64,000 nt of DNA from Octopus sinensis. Lineage: Eukaryota. Made by a program: the position numbers and the translations under genes. The notes under the pieces were generated by a model. The model was not told where the DNA came from. It was given only the letters and a program-made list of their open reading frames with translations, and did not search any database. Positions 1 through 12,944 of the stretch are shown piece by piece (within the stretch, counting starts at the first letter, position 1; every line of letters starts with the position of its first letter). The stretch is taken from the NCBI RefSeq assembly GCF_006345805.1, contig NC_043002.1, positions 57,474,001 to 57,538,000 of the forward strand. The letters are read 5' to 3'.

Positions 1-318
1 CATTTCCATTGGTCTAATGTGTAAAAAATTTAGTCTAAAAGACTATATATTAGTCATACGATATAGTGTATATTTAAACGCATAAGAAATCCATTTATAG
101 GAATTCAACACGCTAGAACGAATAGCTAGGTTCCATAACCACATTTCGTTCCTGTCGAATTTTATCCCTAATTTTTCAGGTTATGGAACCTAGCTGTTCT
201 TTCAAGCGTGTTGAATTCCTATAAGTGGATTCATCATGTGTTTAAATACATACTTTATCGTATGACTATTATATAGTTCTTTGGACTAATTTTTTTACAC
301 GTTAGACCAACGGAAATG
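1..318. repeat. Fold-back inverted repeat (140-bp arms, 38-bp spacer); may extend left of the window
   Basis: 1-140 is the near reverse complement of 179-318; a third partial direct copy of spacer+right arm lies at 628-749. Confidence 0.85.
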
Positions 319-753
319 TTAATTTTAATTAATTTCCATTTCCCTTTGATATGATTAAATATTGTAAGTTTTTTGGATAATTTTCAGTTTTAAAAGTTGG
401 CTTTTTTAATTGCCGGTGAAGGACTGCGGCTGTGCAGTAGATATTGAAAAAGTTAGGATGTATAAATACGGGGCAAGTAGTTTTGATCGCCCCGTGTGTA
501 TACGTTTTACCCGAGGTGGTTCTGCTGAAGAAAATTGCACCTGGTGAGTTCCTTGACTCGCTGAACTAAAATCAGAAACCAATTGGTCCAGGACACTAGA
601 TGGTAAAATGTTTTTTTAAAATGTTTATTCGTTCCTGTCTAATTTTATCCCCAATTTTTGTGGTTATGGAAGCTAGCTGTTCTTTCTAGCGTGTTGAATT
701 CCTATAAGTGGATTCCTCATGTGTTTAAATATACACTATATCGTATGACGGTA

Positions 754-818
<65 letters not shown>

Positions 819-989
819 ATACCAATAAGAAAATGGAGGAACAGATTCATTACAATCATCGACTTACAGATATTACTAATTAATATTATTTATTAACTAC
901 ATAAATAGGAACATCCAAATCCAACAAAACAATATACATCAATATTTAAGATAATACATATATATATATTTTGTATATATGTCTTTTAA

Positions 990-1185
990 TTCTTTCGATC
1001 ATTAGGCTGTAGCGGCGTCATCCTGAGGAATTTTAACCGGACGACTCCAGTAATTATTCTTTTAAAGCTTGGTATTTATGCAATCGGCTTCTTTTGCCGA
1101 GCTGATAGCTTACGAGAATATAAACATACTAACACCGTTCGGCAAGCAGTGTAGGGGAATAAATATAGACCCAGACACACGCACA
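990..1185 (-). mobile_element. Degenerate tRNA-SINE family A, 3' half
   Basis: Diverged match to the 3' half of the family A copies at 30795-31275 and 41780-42235. Confidence 0.55.
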
Positions 1186-1224
1186 AATATATATATTACA
1201 TTATTATATTATTATTCACATTAA

Positions 1225-2030
1225 GATGAAGATGAATGTGAAACAATTAGAACGTTTTTCTCTAACAACGCGAACTAAGGACCTCCAAACGAGGCAGCAT
1301 ATGGGATCAATACTCTAACAACATACCAAATGAAACACCACATTGTACCAGATTGGAACAAATCACTCAGAGATAGAAAGTTCGCCTTTTGGAAGATGAT
1401 CCCAAACAACAACAAAGCGGATATATACGAAAAATGTCTCAATCGGACACCGTTAATTCTCCCAAGTAAATTCAAGATCAAAGCCATTACAGGCGAACCT
1501 GAAACACAAAGACGCCCCAGAGAAAGAATGGCACTGGAAAAAATGAAGATGGAAATAGAACTTCTAAAATTGAGGGCCCAAACGAATGAAGATAAAGTAA
1601 AATCCACCGATGAGGGGATCAACCAAGAAATTAGCAAAATGACCCAAGGCCCCGATCAAGAGATCTCCAAATTCTAGAAAGAGGATTGTGATAAAGAAGA
1701 AATGAAATCCCTCCAACGCTGGGAGAGAGGCTCCTCTTGGTTTTCAAACTATGAAACCATCTTTCAAACAGAGCATGCTTCCAACAACCCTTTCCTGAAA
1801 ATAAGAAAATCAAAACAACACTCAAATACTGATTCACACCTGTCTAAAAATCGGAACAATCACCCCTACCAAAAAAAGACGAATACAGGACCTAACCCTA
1901 ACTTTGTAAGCCACCAGCGATACAATATCGGGAGCACCTTAATTTCAAACAGAGAAAGGAAAATTCACTACCCGCAGGATAGACATTGCAAACTTTTTCC
2001 CCACATAAGGAGTTACCAACTCTTCAGCAC
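1225..2030 (+). pseudogene. Decayed coiled-coil-rich ORF, probably a retroelement ORF1/N-terminal fragment
   Basis: ORFs 1330-1677 and 1702-2130 share one frame, open from 1225 apart from in-frame stops at 1276 and 1675 (TAG where Trp fits); no introns; flanked by microsatellites. Family not identified. Confidence 0.4.
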
Positions 2031-2054
2031 CCCTCGTATATGTAAGTGTACATA

Positions 2055-2092
<38 letters not shown>

Positions 2093-2604
2093 GCACACAG
2101 ATCTATACGAATTCATATAATAACGTATAAGCATACTCACAAACCTCATCACTTCCACACGAAACCAGTCGGTCATATCACGTGTTTGATTTATGGTGTC
2201 GCTTGTTCGCCTTGTCTAGCAAGTTATTTGATCTTGATCTGAAAGCAGATAGAGTGTTGAAATTATAACAATTGCAGACATCACCATAATGTCGCGTTAT
2301 CCTATTATAATGTATACGTATTGTTATGTAGTCACTTCCGTTGAGAATATATGATTAAGTGCCAAAGTCTTTATTGCATATATTTACGATCTAGCCTCTC
2401 TCCCTAATGGCTCATCTCTCCGTATCAGTGGACTAATGATACCAGTATCCTGACCATAAATGTACATAGATGCATACATATAGGTTTGCCTGTCTGTCTA
2501 TATATCTGTCTCTGTCTGTCTATCTATCTATCTATCTGCTTATCTTCTCTCTCTCTCTCTTATCAGCTTTCTATCACCCCATCTCTATCTCCCCTCTGTC
2601 TATG

Positions 2605-2645
<41 letters not shown>

Positions 2646-2677
2646 TTATACATACATACATACATACATACATACAT

Positions 2678-2725
<48 letters not shown>

Positions 2726-2760
2726 TATATATGTGTATGTGTGTGTGTGTGTGTGTGTAT

Positions 2761-2924
2761 AGGCGCAGGCGTGGCTTTGTGATAAGAAATTTAATTTCCA
2801 ATCACAAGGTGCCGGGTTCAGTCTCAGTTCATGCTTTCTTGGGCAAGTGTCATGTACTATAGCCTCAGGCTGACCATATCATTATGAGTGGATTTGATAG
2901 ACAGAAATAGAAGGAGATCCGTCG

Positions 2925-2925
<1 letters not shown>
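2761..2925 (+). mobile_element. tRNA-SINE family A, 5' half
   Basis: aggcgcaggcgtggc head with A/B-box-like motifs, runs into (TATC)n. Confidence 0.75.
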
Positions 2926-3014
<89 letters not shown>

Positions 3015-4307
3015 CGAGGGGAGTTCAATAAGTAATGCCCCTGACCCACTTTCCATAGCAGTAGAGCAATGAAACTTGGCACAGTTATTAGTCTTTAACT
3101 ACATAGGAACCACCCAGAGTTATGCATTTCTCCCATCGTTTGATGCAGCTCTGGAGACCGTTTTTGTAGAAGACCCCAGCTTGGTCCTCCAACCACGACG
3201 TGACTTCAGAAATCAAGGCTGCATCATCTGGGAAATGCATTCCTTTCAAAAACAACTTCATGACTGGGAAGAGGTGAAAATCAGAGGGTGTAAGGTCAGG
3301 AGAGTAGGGGGCATGGGGGAAGAGTTCATAGCCGCACGCCTGTGCTTCTGATCTGGTGATACGCGAGTTGTGGACCGGAGCGTTGTCCTGCAGGAGGAGG
3401 ATGCCTTTGCTGATCTTGCTCCGCCTCCTGATTTTGATAGCTTCTCTTAATTTCCTCAAAAGTGAAGCATAATAGACTCCTGTAATTGTGGTACCCTTTG
3501 CCAGGAATTCTGTCATCACTACTCCGTCCTGGTCCCAGAAGACTGTGAGCATGACCTTGCCAGCGGAGGGCTGCACCCTTGCCTTCTTTGGAGGACGTGA
3601 GTCACGGTGCTTCCACTGCATTGACTGGGCTTTGGTCTCTGGATCATAGTGATGGACCCAGGTTTCATCCTGTGTAATCAGTCTTTTGAAAAATTTTGAC
3701 ACTTCTTCTTGGCACATCTCCAAATTCACCCTCGAGCACTCGATGCGTTCTTGCTTCTGAAAAGGTGTGAGCAACCTGGGAATCCATCTGGCAGACACCT
3801 TTTGCATATGCAAATGGTCATGAATGATAGTTTCCACAGACCCGGCACTAATCTTGACCTCATCGGCTATTTGTCGAATAGTTATGCGTCGATCTTCCAA
3901 AATGGCAGCTTCAACTTGACGGACAGATGCCTCATCAGTGGCAGAAGGGGGGCGACCAAATCTGGGAGCTGTTTCCACAGAGTTCCGACCATGTTTGAAT
4001 TCACGATGCCAACTTTTTACAAGGTCATATGATGGGGCATCATCACCATAAGTTACTTTCATTTCATCAAAAGTCTCCCGTGGTGTGCGTCCTTTCAAAT
4101 ACAAAAACCGGATCACTGCTCGACATTCAACAGGCTCCATTTCACACTTGACTCAGTTCAAACACCTGTAAATCAGACACCACAATTAGTTCAGAGCTGT
4201 AATTTGCCACTTAATTTATAAAGATATAAATAATTGCACATGCAAACTTTCAGCTAGGTCAAATAACTGCAAGTGGGTCAGAGGCATTACTTATTGAACG
4301 TCCCTCG
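3015..4307 (-). mobile_element. Full-length mariner transposon (1293 bp), irritans-type
   Basis: 37-bp TIRs 3015-3051 and 4271-4307 (3 mismatches), TA target duplication at 3013-3014 and 4308-4309, inserted in a (TATC)n array. Confidence 0.97.
3088..4140 (-). CDS. Mariner DD34D transposase, 350 aa, uninterrupted
   Basis: HTH N-terminus, WIPRLL (WVPHEL-equivalent), TQDETW, QDNAP, YSPDLTPSD; 34 residues between 2nd and 3rd Asp; resembles Himar1/irritans-subfamily enzymes. Confidence 0.95.
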   Translation of the reverse strand: MEPVECRAVIRFLYLKGRTPRETFDEMKVTYGDDAPSYDLVKSWHREFKHGRNSVETAPRFGRPPSATDEASVRQVEAAILEDRRITIRQIADEVKISAGSVETIIHDHLHMQKVSARWIPRLLTPFQKQERIECSRVNLEMCQEEVSKFFKRLITQDETWVHHYDPETKAQSMQWKHRDSRPPKKARVQPSAGKVMLTVFWDQDGVVMTEFLAKGTTITGVYYASLLRKLREAIKIRRRSKISKGILLLQDNAPVHNSRITRSEAQACGYELFPHAPYSPDLTPSDFHLFPVMKLFLKGMHFPDDAALISEVTSWLEDQAGVFYKNGLQSCIKRWEKCITLGGSYVVKD

Positions 4308-4394
<87 letters not shown>

Positions 4395-4398
<4 letters not shown>

Positions 4399-4715
4399 GC
4401 CTTTCATCCTTTCGGGGTCGATAAATTAAGTACCAGTAGCGTACTGAGGTCGATCTAATCGATTGAGCCCCCCACCAAATTTCGGGCCTTGTGCTTAAAG
4501 TAGAAAAAATATATTTGTATAAGACGGCGAGCTGACAGCATCATTAACACGTCGGAGAAAATGCTACGTTGCATTTCGTTCGTCTTTGCGTTCTGAGTTC
4601 AAATTCCGCCGAGGTAGGTTTTTGCTTTTGGGAATCGATTAAATAAGTACCAGTTGAACACTGGAGGTCGACGTAATCGACTTACTTCCTCCGCGAAATT
4701 GTTGGCTCCGTGCCA
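4395..4715 (+). mobile_element. Two adjacent tRNA-SINE family B copies (3' part, then near-full copy)
   Basis: ctttgcctttcatcctttcggggtcgataaattaagtaccag core; second copy starts aagacggcgagctg with gagttcaaattcc B-box. Confidence 0.8.
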
Positions 4716-4854
4716 AATCAATTTTACATTCATATTGTTGGTTAATTTCAATGCTTGAATTAATTCAATGCAGCATTTCAGGATTCTCCTGTTACTTCTT
4801 TTGTCAAACCTGAATGAAATACGAGTAAAATTTGTTGCCAGTATGTTACGGTAT

Positions 4855-5100
4855 TGAAGTTACGTGGTCTAGTGCTAAAGTGTTAAGCTTATGATTGTTA
4901 GATCGCGGTTTCCGTTCCCGGACCGGGTGGTGCCTTGTTCTTATGAGCAAAACACTTAATTTCACGTAACCCCAGCCCATTCAGCTTTAAATGAGCCCCA
5001 ACGGGAGCTTATAAGTTAATCCTGCGACGGACCGCCATCCTGTTCAGGGAAAACTTTATGATCTCACTGACTTATACATCATAGAAATCGGTTAACTCAG
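4855..5100 (+). mobile_element. Degenerate tRNA-SINE family C
   Basis: Similar to head of 13160-13505 (cccggaccggg...gagcaaaacactt). Confidence 0.55.
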
Positions 5101-5245
5101 GGTCTAGAGAGACATTCTTGCCAGTGTCACGGTATATAACTAAGGCCATAATACTGTTATCCGGGTTTTCTAATGACTCTGCTATGCCAACGACCCTGTT
5201 TGCTTTAAATTATTGTCTTGCTTTGTTCGTTTATTTCACATCTAC

Positions 5246-6205
5246 AGACTTACTTGACTAGACTTGCCGTTATTCCTTAACGAACAATAGAAAACTTTTT
5301 AGATTCATATAAAGTGAAGAGAAATATCGGTATTGTGAAACTACATCGAAACTTAATAAGATGATGGATTTCTTCGAAATGGAATTCGACAAAGCAGACG
5401 AAAGTCTTTCACAACTATTAAGTTCTAATATCAGGTTTGATGGTTTAAGCTCCATTTTGAGATAATAGGAACTAGTCTGAACAATTCTTTATTTCATTGA
5501 AGTTCTTTTTCAGAAGATCAAAACAAGACAAACATAATAAAGATGTAGTCTTGGGGAAGGAATTCACTTGTATGCCTAATTGAATCTTGAGCTGGTTTCG
5601 TAGTTCTTCACAAAGAAAGAAGCAAAAGAAAAGAACAAGAAACAGAAAACAGGAAAAAGTGCAACAAATGTATAAACAAAGATTTGTTGTTTTCTGAAGA
5701 AATGTATAGAATTATTTAAAACTTAATATTCGAAGACGTAATGAACCATTCCAGGAGGAATTTGTCATTGTAAGCAACTTGGCACTGACTTTAATAGGAT
5801 AAATCTATCAACAAGTATTTTTCAACCTCATTGAGTGCATCTCTCAGATGTTCAAAGGAGATGAAAATACTTCAAGATGACGGTTAGAGAAACCAATGTT
5901 TGCATATGGGGTTTCTATAATGGCGAGAATTATCATGCTATCTAATGCCGCCAGATCTTATAAGGTTTAACGGTTATTCTACTCGTATTTATAAGGCGTG
6001 TCCGAGAGATTTTTATAATATGGCAGGTATGTAACAGTGGTAAATAAAGAACCAGATGTTATCTGCGAATGAGTGTAGTCTGCTAACTTGCACCATGCTT
6101 CCACCAACTGTTTTAGGTGCCCGTGTAGTCGTAAACGCTGATATAAATGTTCTCTCGACTCTCTTAGCATCTAACCCAGTTGAACGTCGAAGACATTACA
6201 GCTAG
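5246..6205 (+). other. Unique coding-like segment: small-intron gene or decayed ORF, unresolved
   Basis: Several GT/AG-bounded open segments (e.g. MMDFFEMEFDKADESLSQLLSSNIR; DLIRFNGYSTRIYKACPRDFYNMA) but no fully consistent chain. Confidence 0.2.
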
Positions 6206-6382
6206 GAGGAGGAAGATGAGAAGGAGAAGGAAAAGGAGGAGAAGGAGGAGGAGGAGAAGAAGAGAAGAAGAAGAAGAAGAAGAAGAAGAAGAAGAAGAAG
6301 AAGAAGAAGAAGAGAAGAAGAAGAAGAAGAAGAAAGAAGAAGAAGAAGAAGAAGAAGAAGAAGAAGAAGAAGAAGAAGAAGA
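6205..6382. repeat. Purine-rich (GAA)n microsatellite
   Basis: Direct inspection. Confidence 0.95.
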
Positions 6383-6833
6383 ATTACACTTCCACTAGCA
6401 ACTAGATAGAATCGTCCGTAAGATGTAATTCGCAGGAAAATTAGTTCTAGCTACGATGTCTGTATAGAACAAATCGACTGACCAACAGAGAGAACAATTT
6501 TCCAGAGAACATTCGAAACTCGATATTTGAATTCAGAACGAGGTGGGAATATGTCTTCATCGAAGCAATGAAGAATGCACCAACTTCAGGAATATTTAGT
6601 TAAAGACTTCCTACACAGTCGTAAATGTCAAAGCTTTTCTTTTTCGGAATATCGTGTTTAAATATATTATTAGTTGAAAAAAAAAACGTAAGAGAGTTGG
6701 CTGTAATAGCATTCCAATATCCGGTTCCTGCCAGTCAAAACTAGGACACTGATTCGTGATCTAAGGAAAACAAACGTGGTTCTAACTTTACATTTTAATA
6801 AAAATATATTATCGAAATATCAACCCTCAAAAT

Positions 6834-6877
<44 letters not shown>

Positions 6878-6952
6878 TATTTTATCTCATTCCTGGATTT
6901 GTACTGACTACCAAATTGGCGTCGCTCTAGAAAGATTTAATTTTGTAACATA

Positions 6953-7115
6953 GGCGCTTTTGTGGGTGAGTGGTTAGTAGCTTGCTTCCCAACCACATGG
7001 TTCCATGTTTAGTCCCACTGCATACCACATTGAGCAAATATCTTCTACTATAGTGTCGGGCCGACCAAAGTCTTGCGAGTTGATTTGGTACATGGAAACT
7101 GAAAGAAGCTCGTCG
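6953..7115 (+). mobile_element. tRNA-SINE family A, 5' half
   Basis: Match to other family A heads, followed by (TATG)n. Confidence 0.75.
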
Positions 7116-7199
7116 TATGAATGTGTGTATGTATGTATGTTTGTATGTATGTATGTATGTATGTATTTATGTATGTATGTATGTATGTATGTATGTATT

Positions 7200-7560
7200 A
7201 TATATAATCCGTTCTGTCTGTCTGTGTGTCTTCTAGGATCTCGGGCATCCTCCATCCGATTGCGCTCAAATTTGATATGTAGATACCAACGGTATCAGGG
7301 CGTGTATAAGTCTTGAAAAAATTACAAAAATCGATTCCAGGAGAGAATGCGATCGATAAAGCCGTTTTTCTCCTGCTTTTCTTCCGCCAACCTGTACATA
7401 ACTGCACTTTCCATTTTTTTGTTGTTTTTGTACTGCTTAAAGGCACGTTTCTTTCCTGCCAAGCTTACTGTTTAAACCATGTTTGTGTTCTCCAAGGGAA
7501 CAGCCTCATCATTACTGGTACTTTAAACTCTTCGGTTGCATATTTTTGTGAATAAAATCG
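7200..7560 (+). mobile_element. Possible DINE/HINE-like non-autonomous Helitron-related element
   Basis: (CTGT)n near start followed by ccgatt..caaatttgatatgtagat motif typical of such elements; termini not defined. Confidence 0.25.
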
Positions 7561-7765
7561 TTTTTCTTTGGAATAGAAAAAAGTCTATCTTTATTTCTTC
7601 TTTTGCTGGTGTCTCAAATTTAGGTTAAATTAGTGTTTCTCAAAGGGGAGGCCAATGGGACTGTCAGACAAGTTGTTTTAAGAAAATGTGGTTTAAATGT
7701 TTGACAACTCAGCATTGGACGGGGGGCGTTTTGCTCGTATGTATAGAACATACATACATACATAA

Positions 7766-7820
<55 letters not shown>

Positions 7821-8387
7821 ATATATATCAAGGGAGATCGGGTGAAAATTACCTTCTCCAGCATGCTCGAAGTGCCGAATTTAATTATTTTTACTTCTGA
7901 CCGGAAGAGCATTTACTGCTTGACTATTCCTATAACATACACGTTGGCTGTCGTGAGAGGATTTGTAATTTGACTTTTCTTGGATCTATACGTACAAATA
8001 TTTGTATGTAGATGTGTGAACTTGCTTTTGACGGTATGTACAGTTATTTGGGCTTATATTTCCCCTAACCGTGTATTGTGTTGACGAAGGCAAAAGGCTA
8101 TTTTTTGCTTTAATCCAGAAGTTGGAACCAATTCACAATTACCGTGAAGTCTTTTTAATTTTCTCTCATTAGCCCGCTTTCAGCCACGTGTATATTGCTG
8201 GAGTTTTTTTTATAGTTTTTGAGGGCATCGGCATTTCAAGCATGATGGAGAAAGTTCGTTTTCGCCCAATCTTCCTTGTTATAATTATACACATATGTAC
8301 ATTATTGTTAATTTAATGTATTAATTGCCTATAATACTTTAGAGCATGCTGACTACTTGATAAAAATCATTAACGTGATTTTATCCT

Positions 8388-8479
<92 letters not shown>

Positions 8480-8823
8480 ATATATATATTGTGTGTATGT
8501 GTGTATGCATGCATATTTGTGCGCGTGTGAATCTGTGCGTGTCAATGATTTCTTCCCGTTATATCCTGGTAACTGGTTTTTGTGCATTTACGTCACGTAA
8601 CACAGCAGTTCGGCAAAAAGTGATTGAATAAGTAATAGACTTTAAAGAAAAATGAGTCCTGGGGTCGATTCGTTCGACTGAAATCCTTGAAAGCGGTGCC
8701 CCAGCATTGCCGCAGTCTAATCCCTGAAATAAGTAAAACAATAAATGATAAAATAGAAGTTAATTACTCTCTTATACGATACTAAACATATGAAATTCAA
8801 CGATTAATACTTTCCATTTTTAG

Positions 8824-8916
8824 TATTTGAACAAGGAATTCGCCGCTTGCCAATCCACCGTCTCTCGATCGCGTCATTACGTCGGTGTTTCTTCCTCACG
8901 AAGACGTGATCTTCAG
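8824..8916 (+). CDS. Candidate exon (93 nt, phase 0-0) YLNKEFAACQSTVSRSRHYVGVSSSRRRDLQ
   Basis: tttccatttttag acceptor, CAG/gcaagt GC-type donor, only phase 0 open to the donor, GC/CpG-elevated. Confidence 0.35.
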
Positions 8917-10021
8917 GCAAGTGGTTGATATGTGTCTTAAGTTCCACTGACAAATTGTTAATGTTTGTATATAATAAATAATAATTTACAAGAATATTAT
9001 TTGCTGTTCTTTATATTATTCCATGTTTAACATTCTTCATATCGTGAGTTTATAATTTATTCGTGGTTTGAAGGTTAATTCTCGTCAATAACTACAATCG
9101 AAATATCTAATGCAGCTATGAGTGATAGTGGAACGAGATGAATTCGTGGTAAAGTCAAGTGACTGAAAAATTATCATTGAAAAAACACGACAAGCTGTAA
9201 AGGTTAAAAGATCTGTTAAAGCACACACACATATATACAGACGCACTTACAAACACACACACACACACATGTAAGCACACACATATATATTTGTAATCTG
9301 AGATTGGCATAAAAGCCATTAAAGTGTGTTGCACTTGGTAACACAGTCACCTGGCAAGATGTCATTACACGACTCAGTAACTGCCTACGTATTCGTTATT
9401 AATTTTCTGTCTGAAATTGCTATTTACAAAAGATATATTGTTGTTTATATTAGAATGTTACTTGATCTCTAAAAGATGGTGGCAAGCTGTCAGAATAGTT
9501 AGAGCGTCGTTTTGCGGTATTTGTTCCGGTTCCTAACGTTCAGAGTTCAAATTTCATCTAGATTCTAACTTTTGTCTTTAATCATTCCAAGATTAATTAG
9601 GTAGAGTACTAGTCAAGTACTGGGGTCGATAGTATCGATTAATCATCATCATCATCATCATCAAACTGGGGACATAACTGTTACGAGTCCTAGGACCGGT
9701 TGTTCGGCTTCAGTGACCAAGATCAAAACGTTTCCTCTTGTACGGGACACCAGTCAATCGCAGGGTTATTGATTTACGGCTGAGTGACTTGCAGCAACGT
9801 GGACTGAATGAAGTATTTGGCTCAAGAGCACAACGTACCGCACAAGAATCCGAGAATCGAAACGATGAGCTTGCCACGCACCTTCACTGTATCGATTAAC
9901 TCCTACCTCTTAAAATTGCTGTTCGTGCGTCTAAATCAGAAATTTATGATGTATTAGTGCATTGCTATAAGATATCCAAAGATTGTTAATTTCGAGATTA
10001 TTATTATTATTATTATTATTA

Positions 10022-10054
<33 letters not shown>

Positions 10055-10061
10055 CATTACT

Positions 10062-10613
10062 GAGTGAGAGAGCAGTGCATGCCATCAAAGTTACACTGGG
10101 GTAAGATATACGAAGTCCAGTATACCCATCGTGACTACCCGTCTGATAAGGGTACACTAGACACATGCATCACAACCATATGTTCGCGACATGGTGATCT
10201 CATATCAAGATAAACAGCACATGACCTTGCAGGTGGGGCCCAGTTAGAATTTTCTTCTGATTGAGTAACCTATTCAGCTCAAAAGGTCCCTGAATAAGGG
10301 TTGTTTAAGGATGTTAAACGAAAACCCGTTTCCAGAAGTGAATTATTAAAACCCCAAAGAATCCCTCTCTACACATGACTATGATGCTCCCCCATTACTT
10401 CTGCTTGTGATCAGAGATGCACTTATCGTCAGCCACTAAGGGGTATGCTCAACTGGTTAAGGTCAAACAACTGACAAGCAAATCTGTGGTATTGAGCAGA
10501 ATATTTGCTGTAGTCCATCTTTTAAACCAAGACAAAACAATGTACATGATAACGTTTCCAATCAGTTGAGACCAGAAGCAACGAGAGCCACTGCCTGGTA
10601 CTGCATCAGGGCA
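10062..10613 (-). mobile_element. ~555-bp non-coding element with defined ends, embedded in (TAA)n
   Basis: Near-identical copies at 26512-27022 and 27870-28424; same 5' start TGCCCTGATGCAGTACC in two copies. Confidence 0.85.
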
Positions 10614-10632
10614 TATTATTATTGTTGTTATT

Positions 10633-10705
<73 letters not shown>

Positions 10706-11085
10706 GTTGGTTCCAAGTCTCACCCAGAGACCTCAAGAGGCAACAGGTTGGAAGTTCATGTTGTTGTTATGCCTAGTGTGCCAAATATTTGGTTGTTGTT
10801 TTTTTTGGTGTTTTACTAGTGGATGTCTAAAAAATAAATTATGTTTGTTTTAAACCTTGAGGTTACATAGAAAGTATTTTGCGTAGGATATGAGCAGTTC
10901 CCATGAGCACTATCTTTTGAATTTCTGCCATTTTGGGGTTTCCTGGTATCTGAGTTAGGTAGCAATCAGCCCCTTTTGCTATCATTCCCAGGGCACCTAT
11001 GACAACAGGTATTGTTTTAGCCTTCAGGTTCCACATTTTGCTGATTTCTATTTCAAAATCTTTATATTTGCTCAGTTTTTGCTAG
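10706..11085 (-). mobile_element. R4/Dong-type RLE retrotransposon, 3' fragment
   Basis: Reverse frame KYKDFEIEISKMWNLKAKTIPVVIGALG...GTAHILRKILSM*, 3' UTR, flanked by (TAA)n. Confidence 0.8.
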
Positions 11086-11096
11086 GTCTTGACAGA

Positions 11097-11207
<111 letters not shown>

Positions 11208-11210
11208 CTT

Positions 11211-12200
11211 TGCACAGCTTCTAACGCTAGAGATGTACTACGGTGTTAGCTGTTCACTACCAATGAACTAAGGTAATACCTCTTATTTTTCGAGCACCTT
11301 CCGGAGTAATCATGCGGTTCCAAGCAGTGCTGTTTTCTGCAAGTGCTCGACCCTTATTCCAGCCACTATTTGTCCATGTACTTCTCGATATTTTTACTCA
11401 CTGTTCCGAGGGCTCCGACAATTATTGGTACTACTAGTGTCAGCACAGATTAGAGCCTCCGTTTTCGGTTTTAAATCATCGACCGGTCACAACTGCTTAA
11501 CTTCCCAAGCTAACCTCTCATATCTATCGACTTTTCTTTCTTCCTTAGCGCATATATTGTTCCTAGCTGAGCATGCTATATTTATGATCCAGCATAATTT
11601 GCTTTCTTTCTCAATTAAGACTATGTCCGGTTTCCTATTCTCTATCTCATGGTCGCACTGAATCATAAAATCCCACAGGATCTTTGCATTATCATTTTCG
11701 ATGATGCCTTCGGGTTTGTGGTCGTACCAATTCTTTGCTCTGTCAAGTCCATGCTTGTTGCAAAATATACAATGGACAATCCTTGCTGTATTTTCGCGGC
11801 GTCCCTTATATTCCTTCTGGGCTAGTCGCGTACATTGGATGAGAATATGCCATATAGTTTCACCATTCTGTTCACAGATTCTGCACTTATCACTTTCTGC
11901 TGTGTTGTCTATTCTGTACTTTATGTAGTTTGGTTTTAGTGCTTGCTCTTGGGCAGCACAGATCGGAGCCTCCGTTTCCGGTTTTAAATCACTTTTAGTC
12001 ATCCATAGCCATATTTTTTCTCTGTCTGTCTTATCTTCAACATTCCTATGAAATTGTTCATGCATTCTTTTCTTTACCCACCTATTTTCAGTTTCATTCA
12101 TTCTCAAGTGCTTGTACAGTGCTTTATCTTTGCAATCTTTCATCCTACACAATCCCGACCTTCTTACTTCTAATAACACCGGTTCTGTAGCTTTGTATAT
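11211..12200 (-). mobile_element. R4/Dong-type RLE retrotransposon, 5'-truncated (second family)
   Basis: ORF 11487-12179 has CCHC knuckle CRICEQNGETIWHILIQC and RLE motif RKPDIV..NIA..KEERKVDRY; VVPIIVGALG follows; 3' end abuts (CAA)n/(TAA)n. Confidence 0.88.
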
Positions 12201-12223
12201 TTTACACTGCTCTCACTCAATAA

Positions 12224-12736
12224 TCTATATATATAAAACTGTAGTTGTGTGAGTGTCTGTCCCCTTCGATTTAGATTCCTAACTACTCCCACATTTTGCG
12301 ATGCAGTTTAACCAAATTCGGGTATCTTATAGTCGTGATTCATATCGAGCCCGTCTGAGTATTAGCGCGCGTCTACGATGAATCTACGATTTTAAAAATA
12401 ATTTAACATCATTTTTTATTCCATTTTAATGCATAATTTTTCGTGTGTCGATGGCGGCGGAGTTGGCGTCCATGGTCACACCTGCACCTGTTTGCTTCTC
12501 TCCCTTCTTCCCTCCCTCGTGAAGCTATGGGGAAGGGAGTGTAAGGAAATCAACGTCGTAAAGCGTTGTCAAGGAGACCAGCGTTCTTTTAGAACAACGA
12601 CTTCATGGCTTGAAGACACCAAAACAGAAATGGCTAAGAAAGCCCGAATTGGCATCTATAAGGGAAGTAACTCTCTAAAAATGCTTATATAGTTATTTCC
12701 CTTACAAACTCGAGCAACGCCGGGCGATACTGCTAG
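12224..12736 (+). mobile_element. Non-autonomous Helitron (513 bp)
   Basis: 5' TC(TATATATATAAAACT), 3' hairpin c(t)cg-agcaacgc-cggg then CTAG, inserted between A and T without TSD. Confidence 0.88.
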
Positions 12737-12944
12737 TAATGCATATTTTGCTAGTAGCATGCTGTTGGAATACCTATTAACTGTTTCTGATATTTAAATT
12801 ATTAGAGTGACATAGTAAATTCGAATTGAAGTGAAGTGGACATGTAGTGTCCATGGATGACTCCAGGCTCCCTAAAGAGATTTAAGGAGTTTGTATCACT
12901 GTTACGTGGTAGATCAAGGGAGGAGATACAAAAATAATCTCAAG

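Noticed and set aside
10540-10613. HDV-like or twister ribozyme at the 5' end of the 555-bp element
   Set aside because: UGAUGCAGU resembles the twister start, but no matching P2/P4/pseudoknot or HDV P1 partner could be built
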